NCBI GenBank assembly: GCA_002380425.1 | Contig: DFUR01000068.1 | Coordinates: forward strand, 87 to 64,086 | DNA from: Bacteroidales bacterium UBA4181 | GTDB lineage: Bacteria > Bacteroidota > Bacteroidia > Bacteroidales > UBA4181 | DNA length: 64,000 nucleotides | Direction: 5' to 3' | Shown here: positions 29,579 to 38,710 of the stretch, piece by piece | Position numbering within the stretch: position 1 is the first letter of the stretch | Layout: each line of letters starts with the position of its first letter | Notes under the pieces: generated by a model | What the model saw: only the letters and a program-made list of their open reading frames with translations | The model's database searches: none | Told to the model about the DNA's origin: nothing | Translations under genes and position numbers: made by a program

Positions 29579-30853
29579 ATGCAAGATTTTCACATAGATA
29601 CCCGTTGTGTTCAGAGTGGCTACCACCCTGAGAACGGGGCCCCCAGAGTGGTACCCATTGTCCAGAGTACAACCTACAAGTACGATTCGGCGAAAGATCT
29701 GGGAGATCTTTTTGACCTCAAAACCAGCGGCTATTTTTATACCCGTTTGGGTAATCCAACATTGAGCGCTGTGGAGGGGAAAATTGCAGCACTTGAGGGT
29801 GGGACGGGAGCTCTGCTGACCTCTTCCGGACAGGCGGCTACCCTGATCAGTCTGCTGAACATCTGTCAGGCCGGAGACCATGTGGTCAGTTCGGGGACCA
29901 TTTACGGGGGTACATATAATCTGCTGGACAAGACTTTACGTCAGATGGGCATTGAGGTGACCTTTGTGGCTCCCGATGCCTCGGAGCAGGAATTGCATCA
30001 GGCATTCCGCGCCAACACCAGGGCACTTTTTGGGGAGTCCCTGGCCAATCCTGCCATGGTCGTTCTGGATATCGAAAAAATGGCCTCCATCGCCCATGCA
30101 CACGGGGTGCCTTTGATTGTGGACAACACCTTTCCCACTCCGGTGCACTGCCGCCCGTTTGAGTGGGGGGCAGATATTGTGATTCACTCCACTACAAAAT
30201 ATATGGACGGCCATGCGGTCGCCCTTGGAGGAGTAGTGGTGGATGGCGGACGTTTTGACTGGAACAATGGGCTGTTTCCGGGGCTTTGTACCCCTGATTC
30301 GTCCTATCACGGAATTGTGTACACTGAGACTTTTGGCAACCAGGCATATATTGTCAAGGCACGTACCCATCTGATGCGTGACCTGGGTACTGCTCAAAGC
30401 CCTCAGAATGCTTTTCTGTTGAACCTTGGACTGGAAACGCTTCCACTCAGAATGGAGCGGCACTGTTCCAATGCTCTGGCCGTTGCCCGTTTTCTGGAAC
30501 AGCACCCTGGCGTGTCCTGGATCAACTATCCGGAGCTTCCCTCCAGCAGTATGTACCCGTTGGCACGTAAGTATATGCCTCAGGGAACTTGCGGAGTATT
30601 GTCCTTTGGGGTGCGAGGCGGACGCGATGCCGCAGTGCGCTTTATGGAGTCCCTGCGGATGATTGCTCAGGTAGTCCATGTGGCAGACATACGCAGTTGT
30701 GTGTTGCACCCCGCCAGCACCACCCACCGGCAGATGACCGATGCTCAACTCGCCGAGGCAGGAGTTACGCCCGATATGGTGCGGCTCTCTGTGGGGATCG
30801 AACATCCCTCGGATATTCTTGCGGACTTGCAGCAGGCACTCGCTAAGGCCTGA
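29579..30853 (+). CDS. metY: O-acetylhomoserine sulfhydrylase / aminocarboxypropyltransferase (PLP-dependent Cys/Met metabolism family)
   Basis: The N-terminus reads DTRCVQSGY. The PLP-lysine block is HSTTKYMDGH. The C-terminus reads VRLSVGIEH, and the length is 424 aa. Confidence 0.85.
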   Translation: MQDFHIDTRCVQSGYHPENGAPRVVPIVQSTTYKYDSAKDLGDLFDLKTSGYFYTRLGNPTLSAVEGKIAALEGGTGALLTSSGQAATLISLLNICQAGDHVVSSGTIYGGTYNLLDKTLRQMGIEVTFVAPDASEQELHQAFRANTRALFGESLANPAMVVLDIEKMASIAHAHGVPLIVDNTFPTPVHCRPFEWGADIVIHSTTKYMDGHAVALGGVVVDGGRFDWNNGLFPGLCTPDSSYHGIVYTETFGNQAYIVKARTHLMRDLGTAQSPQNAFLLNLGLETLPLRMERHCSNALAVARFLEQHPGVSWINYPELPSSSMYPLARKYMPQGTCGVLSFGVRGGRDAAVRFMESLRMIAQVVHVADIRSCVLHPASTTHRQMTDAQLAEAGVTPDMVRLSVGIEHPSDILADLQQALAKA

Positions 30854-30856
30854 CCC

Positions 30857-31717
30857 ATGTCCGGACATAACGCGCACAGCAAGCCCTCCTGGCTCAGAAT
30901 CCGTTTGCCCAGAACCGATGAATATCGCTGGATGAATCAGATGGCACGCGACCATCAGCTCCATACCATCTGTACAAGCGGCAAATGTCCCAATGCCGCT
31001 GAATGCTGGGGCAGGGGCACCGCCACGTTTATGATCCTTGGGGATATCTGTACCCGTTCTTGCCGGTTTTGTAATGTCTTGACCGGAAGACCTCTGCCCC
31101 CTGATCCAGAGGAGCCGCTCCGCCTTGCCCGAACTATTCGGCAGATGAACCTGAAGCATATCGTGATTACCTCTGTGGACAGAGACGATCTTCCTGACGG
31201 GGGTGCCGGCGCCTGGTCTCAGACCATAGGCGCGGTAAAACAATGGAATCCCTCACTGACCATCGAGGCCCTGATCCCGGACTTCGATGGCCAGACTGGC
31301 CTGATAGATCAGGTACTTGAAGCCTCTCCTGAGGTGGTGTCTCATAATGTTGAGACGGTCAGGAGACTCACTCCTTTGATTCGTTCAAGGGCTAAGTATG
31401 AAGTGAGCCTCAGGGTACTGGCCAGAATTGCAGCAAGTCATTCAGTTGCCAAATCCGGGTTGATGCTTGGGTTGGGAGAAACAGAGGAGGAGGTGTGTCA
31501 GGCCATGGATGATCTGAGAACAGCAGGCGTTGAAGTGCTCACTCTGGGACAATATCTGCAGCCTCATTCTGCTTTGCTGCCCGTTTCGGCTTATATTTCT
31601 CCGGAACAGTTCGACAAGTATCGGGACTTGGGGATAGAGCGGGGATTTCGGGTGGTTGAGAGTGGCCCTTTGGTGAGGTCCTCTTATCATGCGGAGAATC
31701 ACGTGTTTATTAAATGA
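30857..31717 (+). CDS. lipA: Lipoyl synthase
   Basis: The radical-SAM motif CTRSCRFCNV and the auxiliary cluster cysteines CTSGKCPNAAECW are present. The C-terminal block reads VRSSYHA. Confidence 0.92.
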   Translation: MSGHNAHSKPSWLRIRLPRTDEYRWMNQMARDHQLHTICTSGKCPNAAECWGRGTATFMILGDICTRSCRFCNVLTGRPLPPDPEEPLRLARTIRQMNLKHIVITSVDRDDLPDGGAGAWSQTIGAVKQWNPSLTIEALIPDFDGQTGLIDQVLEASPEVVSHNVETVRRLTPLIRSRAKYEVSLRVLARIAASHSVAKSGLMLGLGETEEEVCQAMDDLRTAGVEVLTLGQYLQPHSALLPVSAYISPEQFDKYRDLGIERGFRVVESGPLVRSSYHAENHVFIK

Positions 31718-31718
31718 T

Positions 31719-32423
31719 ATGGTGGCACTGGTTACCTTTCGGGATTTGGGCCTGATGCCCTACAATACCGCTTTGCAGATTCAAAAGCAGTGTTTTGATG
31801 CCCTGATTGCACAGAAAATGCATTTTCGGACCCACCCTGAAGAGTACCTACGCAAGGTGCTTCATCATCTGTTGTTTGTGGAGCATCCCCATGTCTATAC
31901 TCTTGGGAAAAGTGCCAAAACTGCGAATCTGCTGGTTCGGGAGGATTTTTTACGGTCCATAAATGCCAGTAGCACCACTACGGACCGGGGTGGGGATATT
32001 ACCTATCACGGGCCTGGCCAGTTGGTAGGCTATCCCGTCTGGGATCTGGAGTTCCTTGGGCTGGGCATCAAGTCTTATATCAGCGGATTGGAAGAGTCCA
32101 TCATTCAAATGCTGTCAGGATACGGCATTAGCGCAGGCCGGATGGAAGGCGCGAGCGGGGTGTGGATAGATGCCGGTGTACCCGGAAAGGAACGCAAAAT
32201 CTGTGCGGTGGGTGTCCGGGTCAGCCACGGTGTGTCCATGCATGGATTTGCACTCAATATCAACACCGATCTCGCATATTTTCAGTACATCAATCCTTGT
32301 GGGTTTCAGGATAAGGGCGTGACATCCATGAAGCATGAGTTGGGCCGGGAAGTAGATGCTGAGGAAGTGAAGGTGTTGGTGCTGAGTAATCTCCAAAAAA
32401 TATTTGAGATACAATGGCATTGA
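31719..32423 (+). CDS. lipB: Octanoyltransferase (lipoyl(octanoyl) transferase)
   Basis: ATG at 31719 lies immediately after the lipA stop. Motifs include RGGDITYHGPGQLVGYP, KICAVGVRV and the PCG catalytic Cys block. Confidence 0.85.
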   Translation: MVALVTFRDLGLMPYNTALQIQKQCFDALIAQKMHFRTHPEEYLRKVLHHLLFVEHPHVYTLGKSAKTANLLVREDFLRSINASSTTTDRGGDITYHGPGQLVGYPVWDLEFLGLGIKSYISGLEESIIQMLSGYGISAGRMEGASGVWIDAGVPGKERKICAVGVRVSHGVSMHGFALNINTDLAYFQYINPCGFQDKGVTSMKHELGREVDAEEVKVLVLSNLQKIFEIQWH

Positions 32424-33805
32424 ATAACCCCTCTGTGGGCCTTCCTGGCTACAGACACATCTGGAATATTTCTTACCCGGTGATGATTGGGATGCTGGCC
32501 CAGAATATCATCGGGGCTTCGGACACTGCCTTTCTGGGACGGGTAGGAGAGGTGGAGCTGGGTGCCGCTGCATTGGGCAGCATGTACTATCTGGTGTTGT
32601 ACATCATCGGGTATGGCTATTCGGTAGGAGCGCAGATTATTATGTCCCGGAGAATCGGGGAAAAAAGGTTTCGACAGGTGGGCGATGTCCTGCACCATAC
32701 CCTGTACTTTTTTGTTGCCCTCTTTTTGATACTTTTCTTTCTATCAAAATATTTCCAACATTCAATAATTCAGCAGATTGTAGAGTCGGTTCCGGTGTCC
32801 CGGGCCACCGGCGAATACGTTTCGGTTCGGGTGCATGGGCTTATCTTCGCATACCTGGGCACCGCCTATCGTGCTTTTCATATCAGCAGAGGATACACCC
32901 AGCCGATATTGTGGAATGCAGTCCTGGTGGCAGTGTTGAACATTGCTCTGAACTATCTGCTGATTTTCGGTTCAGTATTTTGTGAGCCCATGGGTATTCG
33001 GGGTGCTGCACTGGCCTCAGTGCTTTCAGAGGGACTGGGCCTGTTGTTTTACTGGGTGCACGCTTCCCACAAAGCCATCCGGAGAAAATATCACCTCTAT
33101 GGCTGGGCAAGGCCCAAGATGCACCTTATCAAGAGTATTTTCCGGGTATCCTCGTTTGTCATGGTGCAGTATTTTCTCTCTATGGGTACCTGGTTCGGGT
33201 TTTTTCTGATCATCGAAAAGACAGGCTCTGCCGAGTTGGCCTCCACCAATATTGTCCGGAGTATTTATTCGCTCATCGGCATTCCCATCTGGGCCTTTTT
33301 CTCCACCATCATCACCTTAGTGAGTCAGGCATTCGGCCAAGGACAGGTAGGGCAACTATTCCCACTGATTCGTAGGGTGGGGTGGATGGCCGTATGTACT
33401 TCTCTCTTGATGAACATCCTGGTTTGGGCGTTTCCTCATCAGTGGCTGGCGTTGTACACCAACGACCAGGGTTTGAGGGCCCTGAGTCTGGAGTCCTTGT
33501 ATGTCATCACCCTGGCACACACCTGCTTTGCTCTGGGGGGTGTTGTCTTTCACGCCGTTTCGGGTACTGGTAAAACCCGTGTTGCTCTGGGTATTGAAGT
33601 GTCCACCCTGGTCCTGTATGTTCTTTTCCTGATCCTCTTCCGCTCTTGGTTTGCCGAAAGAATAGCCTTTGCCTGGTTCTCCGAACTGGTCTATTCGCTT
33701 GGCGTGGGCCTGTTCTCGTGGGTGTATCTGCGGAAGATATTCCTCACTCAGAGCAGGGACGCCCTGGGCACCACCCGGACCGGAGTTGTTTCGGCGGACG
33801 GGTAG
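32414..33805 (+). CDS. MATE-family efflux transporter
   Basis: The start overlaps the lipB stop by 10 nt. About 12 TM helices are predicted, and the N-terminal block reads PVMIGMLAQNIIGASDTAFLGRVG. Confidence 0.85.
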   Translation: MALNNPSVGLPGYRHIWNISYPVMIGMLAQNIIGASDTAFLGRVGEVELGAAALGSMYYLVLYIIGYGYSVGAQIIMSRRIGEKRFRQVGDVLHHTLYFFVALFLILFFLSKYFQHSIIQQIVESVPVSRATGEYVSVRVHGLIFAYLGTAYRAFHISRGYTQPILWNAVLVAVLNIALNYLLIFGSVFCEPMGIRGAALASVLSEGLGLLFYWVHASHKAIRRKYHLYGWARPKMHLIKSIFRVSSFVMVQYFLSMGTWFGFFLIIEKTGSAELASTNIVRSIYSLIGIPIWAFFSTIITLVSQAFGQGQVGQLFPLIRRVGWMAVCTSLLMNILVWAFPHQWLALYTNDQGLRALSLESLYVITLAHTCFALGGVVFHAVSGTGKTRVALGIEVSTLVLYVLFLILFRSWFAERIAFAWFSELVYSLGVGLFSWVYLRKIFLTQSRDALGTTRTGVVSADG

Positions 33806-35112
33806 ACGATCTGCCCCTCCTCCCTGTGTGAGGATAAATACAGCACCATCCGCTCCCGTTCAAAAGTCTCGCCCAGATCCAGCAGCAAATCGAGCCAACC
33901 GTCACCGTCCAGGTCTCCTACCCATCGGATGGCATACATGGTTTGTGAAAATCTCGGCGTTGCGGCCACTACCTGTACCTCGCGCACATTGTTCCCGACT
34001 TTACGGGTCATGCTGAGTTTGTAATTGGCGATGAAATGGGCATAAGTATTGCCCTGATCATCGTACTGAGTGTTGAGCATCACTCCTTCACACACCCACT
34101 GATATGTTGTGCCCTTATGGGTGAGCGACCAGGTTTGCCCCGGCCACAGAACAGGCCTTTCAACGTCCGCATGAAAAACCTTTCCGGCCTTCCATCCAGT
34201 ACCCGAAATAAGCAATACGCAGGAGTCCCGGGATGAGGTTCTTATATAAACAAGCGAATCGGACACAAAGCGCTCTTCGCGTTCGTTCAGGAAGGGCAAC
34301 GTGTCGGTTGAGATAAGAGTGGGGCGCAACTCGTAACCATCCGCGACCTGAAACAAGCCCATCCAGCGTTTGGAGGTAAGACCAGGCTTGAGGTCCTGAC
34401 GTTCATATCCGGCAGGCCGAAGAATTTCCAGAGAGGAGGACACGGCAAGAGGGATTTTCACGGTATCCAGAGGGAAGGACAACAGCCGGGAGTCTGGCCT
34501 GAAAAACTGGGATTTTTCTATTAGCTGATTCCGGATCACCCGGGCATCCATTTGATGCAGCATCGCCTTGTTCAGTTCGTGTTCATACAGGGAAAACTCA
34601 ACCAGATTCCCGGTTTGCTGATGCAGCATGCCCCGGGTGGCTTTCACCAGTACAAAATACGGGGAGCGGTATTCAAACACGAAGTACTCCCCATAAACTT
34701 CCTCATATTCCACGAAAAGTGTGAATGCGTTGGTGTCTGCACTCATATAGATGACCGCAGGCAAGGATGTCTTGTCCACAGGCGGAACCAGTTCACTGTT
34801 TTTCCCAGCAAGGGCAAAACCTCCGGAGGCATCCCCGACAAAAGCATACACATAACTAACGGGTATCTCAGGAGTCATGTCCCGGAGCACGCACACCACA
34901 TCAGAGATGCCGTCACGGGTGATGTCCTGGTGGATCACGCCCAAAGGATCCAGTCTGGTAGAGTCTGTCCCGAGATCAACGGCAATCTTTCTGAAAACCA
35001 CCTCGGGATTGAAGGCATCGGCGTCTGGAGTACGCTCTGTGCGGCATCCGATGAACACAAGCAGCCACAATAAGGGCAGGCAGAGGCGCAGGAAGGCAGA
35101 AATGAGGTTCAT
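33748..35112 (-). CDS. Hypothetical lipoprotein (454 aa) with FG-GAP/VCBS-like D-x-D-G-D loops
   Basis: The signal peptide has a lipobox (LLVFIGC). I recognise no family. Acidic loops occur at DITRDGISDVV near the N-terminus and GDLDGDGWLDLLLD near the C-terminus. No alternative frame codes here. Confidence 0.55.
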   Translation of the reverse strand: MNLISAFLRLCLPLLWLLVFIGCRTERTPDADAFNPEVVFRKIAVDLGTDSTRLDPLGVIHQDITRDGISDVVCVLRDMTPEIPVSYVYAFVGDASGGFALAGKNSELVPPVDKTSLPAVIYMSADTNAFTLFVEYEEVYGEYFVFEYRSPYFVLVKATRGMLHQQTGNLVEFSLYEHELNKAMLHQMDARVIRNQLIEKSQFFRPDSRLLSFPLDTVKIPLAVSSSLEILRPAGYERQDLKPGLTSKRWMGLFQVADGYELRPTLISTDTLPFLNEREERFVSDSLVYIRTSSRDSCVLLISGTGWKAGKVFHADVERPVLWPGQTWSLTHKGTTYQWVCEGVMLNTQYDDQGNTYAHFIANYKLSMTRKVGNNVREVQVVAATPRFSQTMYAIRWVGDLDGDGWLDLLLDLGETFERERMVLYLSSHREEGQIVYPSAETTPVRVVPRASLL

Positions 35113-35126
35113 GGGAAGGAGATTTC

Positions 35127-35873
35127 TCAGGCAAGAGCCCGAAGGATGTTATGGACGATATAGAAGGAATACTGACTGGATATCTCGCGGACAAAAAACG
35201 GAAAATCCACTTCTGAAGACTCATCAGCTGAGTCAGAGACAGCCCTTACCACCAGGAAGGGGATATTCCACTCACTGCAAACCTGGGCCACGGCAGCTCC
35301 TTCCATCTCCACGCAACATACTCCGGGCAGATTGGTTCGGATGGCTTCACGTTCCTCCATGGTGGACACAAAACGGTCGCCACTGGCAATATCACCCACC
35401 ACAGCCCTGGGTGTGCGATGCAAAAGATCCCTGATATGCCGGAATTCGTCAGATGATTCGTGAATCATGGCCGCAACAGCCGCCTTGGCCAGGTCAATGT
35501 CTTCCGGAGCTGATTCGTAGTAACTGACTCCGGCAAGGGGAATCTCATATCGGGGGTACATGGGACGAGCATCCATGTCGTGCTGAAAAAAACGGCGCCC
35601 GATAATCAGGTCCCCCAGATGAAGATCTGCAGAGATAGCCCCAGCAACGCCGGTGAACATAATTCTGTCCACAGAAAAAGTTGAGATCATTTGCATGGCG
35701 GTTGCCGCCGCAGCAACTTTTCCCCAACGGGAGAACGCTGTCACGACCTGTACGCCCCCGAGCACACCTTCGTAAAACACCCTTGAACCCAACTGGTGGG
35801 ATGTTTTCTGCTCCATATGGGCCACAATAAGGTCCACTTCCTGGGGCATAGCCCCCATCAAACCAATTTTCAT
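35127..35873 (-). CDS. mtnN: 5'-methylthioadenosine/S-adenosylhomocysteine nucleosidase
   Basis: ATG at 35873 (MKIGLMGAMPQEV). Motifs include FTGVAGA and VEMEGAAVAQVC. Confidence 0.85.
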   Translation of the reverse strand: MKIGLMGAMPQEVDLIVAHMEQKTSHQLGSRVFYEGVLGGVQVVTAFSRWGKVAAAATAMQMISTFSVDRIMFTGVAGAISADLHLGDLIIGRRFFQHDMDARPMYPRYEIPLAGVSYYESAPEDIDLAKAAVAAMIHESSDEFRHIRDLLHRTPRAVVGDIASGDRFVSTMEEREAIRTNLPGVCCVEMEGAAVAQVCSEWNIPFLVVRAVSDSADESSEVDFPFFVREISSQYSFYIVHNILRALA

Positions 35874-35921
35874 ACTGACGCAGTTTGATGCAAAGGTAAT
35901 AAAAGAGCAACCCCAGGAAAA

Positions 35922-35949
35922 CAAAAAAGCCCGCTGAAATTCAGCAGGC
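35922..35949 (-). terminator. Intrinsic terminator downstream of the tRNA-Leu pair
   Basis: The minus strand reads GCCTGCTGA-ATT-TCAGCGGGC followed by TTTTTT. Confidence 0.6.
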
Positions 35950-35959
35950 CACTCTCGTG

Positions 35960-36043
35960 TGCCCAGGACGAGACTCGAACTCGTACAGGGTAACCCCCAC
36001 TACCCCCTCAAAGTAGCGTGTCTACCAATTTCACCACCTGGGC
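35960..36043 (-). tRNA. tRNA-Leu (anticodon GAG), type II with long variable arm
   Basis: The reverse complement folds by hand. The acceptor is GCCCAGG/CCTGGGC, the anticodon arm is CTACT-TTGAGGG-GGTAG, and the T-arm is ACGAG-TTCGAGT-CTCGT. The discriminator is A and no CCA is encoded. Confidence 0.9.
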
Positions 36044-36054
36044 TTGTTGCATTG

Positions 36055-36138
36055 TACCCGGAACAGGACTCGAACCTGCACATCCTTGCGGACACTAGTC
36101 CCTGAAACTAGCGCGTCTACCAATTCCGCCATCCGGGC
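36055..36138 (-). tRNA. tRNA-Leu (anticodon CAG), type II
   Basis: The reverse complement gives acceptor GCCCGGA/TCCGGGT (G1-U72 wobble), anticodon arm CTAGT-TTCAGGG-ACTAG and T-loop TTCGAGT. It lies 11 nt upstream of the other tRNA-Leu. Confidence 0.88.
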
Positions 36139-36151
36139 TGCTAACGGCGTG

Positions 36152-36159
36152 CAAAATTA
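36152..36159 (-). promoter_or_regulatory. Candidate -7 box (TAATTTTG) for the tRNA-Leu pair
   Basis: The minus strand reads CTAATTTTGCA, ending 13 nt upstream of the mature tRNA 5' end. Nearly the same extended box precedes rnpB and nifJ. Confidence 0.4.
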
Positions 36160-36215
36160 GAAACTTTTTTCATTCTGCAGCGGTGTTTGCTGCTTTTTTC
36201 ACAAAAAGCGCGCAA

Positions 36216-37478
36216 TCAAATCACTTTTCTGCTTGTGTAGCGGGAGCGTGCCCGGGAACGTTTACGGCTGTGAACAAACAAGTAACATACGAACACCAAT
36301 GTCAGTGAGGTCAGCATCAACAAATAGCGTCGTGACTGTGTTGTCAGGCGTGCTAAAGCAAAAGCCGAGGGTTGCTCCAGAACCAGTGAGGGTGAGGGAA
36401 TATCCCGGAATCCCCATTTTGCATGAATCACACCGTCCTTAAGCATCAGGAGGCCGGGGTGGGAGCGTATGATGGTTTTCAGGGTGATTTCGTCTGCCAG
36501 CACAAAGGAATACCTTAATCCATGCGTTCGGGACAGACTGTCAATCACCGATGGTGGAGACGATGTGGCGCAGATGAAGCGATATCCCGCATTCCGGCAC
36601 CCATCGGCCCAATCGTTGGCTTCCATGAGGGTTTGGAGATCAGCCTGATCAAGCCGGGGGGCTATGAGAATAAAAGTGTATGCACTGTCGGCAAGTACCT
36701 CATCTGTGATGTCCTGCTGATCGGGAAGCAAGACCAGACTGAAGTCATGGATGGGGGGTTTTACTGATGATATCATCTCCACTTTCCGGCTGTGAAAGAT
36801 CCAGGTAGTGTCCTGCCACGGATAGTTTTCCTCGGTGAATTCTTTCACCTGACCGTCCTTTTCATAGTACAACCGGATGTTGTATTGATTGCTCCCGGCA
36901 TCCTCGGGCAGGGTCATCTGAGTGGAAATGTGTGTGCCGACCTTGTACGGCCGGAAATCCATCAGGGGCAGGTGCCGATATCCGTACAGGGATACCAGAA
37001 AGATGCCTGCAGCGCAGATAGCCAGCCACAGAAATTCACCTCCAGGACTATAGGAAGGCCGGTTTTTTTTTCTGAATAAAAAGGCTCCCGAAGCAAGCCC
37101 TAGCAGCAGAATGTTCTTAAAAAAGGTTTGCCAGTTGGTCAGAATCAGGGCATCTCCAAAGCAGCCGCAATCACTCACTGGATTGGTTAAAGCTATGATA
37201 AAGGTGAGTGCTGTGAAGAAGCTGATAATTAATAATCCAGCCCAGGCAGAGAAACGGTGAAAAAGGCCCAGTAGCCATGCCATTCCCAGGGTGAACTCAA
37301 AACAGCACAACAGGAAGGACAGCCCCAGCACAAAACCATCGGGGAAAGACATCCCTGCAGCTTCCAGATAATCCTGAATTTTATAGGCAGATCCCCATGG
37401 ATCAATGGCCTTGACGAAACCGGAGAACATAAACACCAGTCCGAAGACCCACCTGCAGAAAATGGCTAAGTATTTCAT
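36216..37478 (-). CDS. DoxX/MauE-type membrane protein with a C-terminal soluble (possibly thioredoxin-fold) domain
   Basis: ATG at 37478 (MKYLAIFCRWVFGLVFMFSGFVKAIDPWG). Several TM helices include a CGCFG motif, followed by a soluble region of about 230 aa and a C-terminal TM. The family call is from memory of Bacteroidota DoxX-like proteins. Confidence 0.6.
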   Translation of the reverse strand: MKYLAIFCRWVFGLVFMFSGFVKAIDPWGSAYKIQDYLEAAGMSFPDGFVLGLSFLLCCFEFTLGMAWLLGLFHRFSAWAGLLIISFFTALTFIIALTNPVSDCGCFGDALILTNWQTFFKNILLLGLASGAFLFRKKNRPSYSPGGEFLWLAICAAGIFLVSLYGYRHLPLMDFRPYKVGTHISTQMTLPEDAGSNQYNIRLYYEKDGQVKEFTEENYPWQDTTWIFHSRKVEMISSVKPPIHDFSLVLLPDQQDITDEVLADSAYTFILIAPRLDQADLQTLMEANDWADGCRNAGYRFICATSSPPSVIDSLSRTHGLRYSFVLADEITLKTIIRSHPGLLMLKDGVIHAKWGFRDIPSPSLVLEQPSAFALARLTTQSRRYLLMLTSLTLVFVCYLFVHSRKRSRARSRYTSRKVI

Positions 37479-37540
37479 GACACGGTCGAACGGATGAACA
37501 ATGTTGGTAAAGTTAGGGAAACTCCCTCTGTTTCGCAACC

Positions 37541-38710
37541 CTAATCCGGATAAAGCAGATATTTCTTCCTGATTTGCCTGAAGGCAGCAAGTTCCTGGGT
37601 CCAGCTTTTGCGAATCTTATCCTCGCTCCATCCACCTTCAATCTGAAGGCGCAGTTGATTTCCCCCGGCGAGTGTGTCGAAGTATGTGTTAAAGAAGTTT
37701 TTCTTGTCGGGGAAGCGACGGTAGGTGTTAATTATCCAGGATAGATCCAGTCGCGCAACGTTTCGCAGGCTGTCCGTCTCATAACCAGAGAGATCTGTTC
37801 CCCGGCACCGAACCCCCATATGGGGTGGATTTGCCGCGATTCCGGGCAGACTCACGGGGGTGAACCAATAGGACCCCTCCGGAAAATCAGGATGACCAAA
37901 GACCATGAAAGGCTTGGAGGTCCCCCGGCCAACACTGAATGTGGTGCCCTCAAAAAAGCACAGAGAGGGGTAAAGGTAAATGGCCTTCATGGAGCGCAGA
38001 TTGGGCGAAGGCGGTACCGGAAGTTCGTAGGTTGAGCGATGGGTATAGCCTAGACAGGGAATTACCCTAAGGTTGGCTTTGAGCCCATCTCCCAGCCAAC
38101 CCTCACCCAGAATCATTCTGCCATATTCACCGATAGTCATTCCGTACACCACAGGCACTGGGTGCATTCCCACAAAGGAACGGAAAACCGTATCCAGGAC
38201 GGGCCCGTCAACATAGTGTCCGTTGGGATTGGGACGGTCCAGAAGCACTACCGGAATGTTTTGCCTGGCACATGCAGCGAGAACGTAGTGCAGGGTGGAG
38301 ATATAGGTGTAAAAACGAGTACCGGTGTCCTGCAAATCGAATACAACGACATCCAGGTTTTTCAAATCCTCCGGAGTAGGCTCCCGGTGGGACCCGTAAA
38401 GTGAAACCACGGGGATGCCCGTTTGCCGGTCCAGGCCATTGTCCACATGTTCTCCGGCTTCAGCAGTTCCCCTGAATCCGTGCTCAGGTGACATAATGCG
38501 GTGGACACTGACTCCACAAGCCAGGAGGGTGTCCACCAAATGTCGTGAACCCACCAGCGAAGTGTGATTGGCAACCACGCCCACGTTGCGCCCCTGCAAG
38601 TCAGACAGATAGGCATCCATCCGCTGAGCGCCAGCAAGGATATTGCCTGTAGGAGCACCATACCCGGAAAACGCTCCTAAAAAACAAAACAACAACAGCA
38701 GTCGGATCAT
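37541..38710 (-). CDS. namZ: DUF1343-family exo-beta-N-acetylmuramidase (NamZ-like), secreted
   Basis: ATG at 38710 forms an ATGA overlap with the pyrD stop and gives the signal peptide MIRLLLLFCFLGAFSG. Motifs include VGVVANHTS, SPEHGFRG, VVFDLQDTGTRFYTYISTL and LLDRPNP. Confidence 0.75.
   Translation of the reverse strand: MIRLLLLFCFLGAFSGYGAPTGNILAGAQRMDAYLSDLQGRNVGVVANHTSLVGSRHLVDTLLACGVSVHRIMSPEHGFRGTAEAGEHVDNGLDRQTGIPVVSLYGSHREPTPEDLKNLDVVVFDLQDTGTRFYTYISTLHYVLAACARQNIPVVLLDRPNPNGHYVDGPVLDTVFRSFVGMHPVPVVYGMTIGEYGRMILGEGWLGDGLKANLRVIPCLGYTHRSTYELPVPPSPNLRSMKAIYLYPSLCFFEGTTFSVGRGTSKPFMVFGHPDFPEGSYWFTPVSLPGIAANPPHMGVRCRGTDLSGYETDSLRNVARLDLSWIINTYRRFPDKKNFFNTYFDTLAGGNQLRLQIEGGWSEDKIRKSWTQELAAFRQIRKKYLLYPD

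Noticed and set aside
29936-31243. 435-aa minus-strand ORF spanning the metY-lipA junction
   Set aside because: It lies antisense to two confidently identified genes (PLP-lysine block in metY, radical-SAM CxxxCxxC in lipA). The product is Gly/Arg/His-rich with no motifs. It is a shadow ORF.
36177-36199. Plus-strand hairpin GCAGC-N7-GCTGC followed by TTTTTT, which looks like an intrinsic terminator
   Set aside because: All neighbouring genes are on the minus strand, and in that orientation the U-tract is on the wrong side. It may attenuate read-through from the DoxX-like gene, but I cannot support a canonical terminator call.
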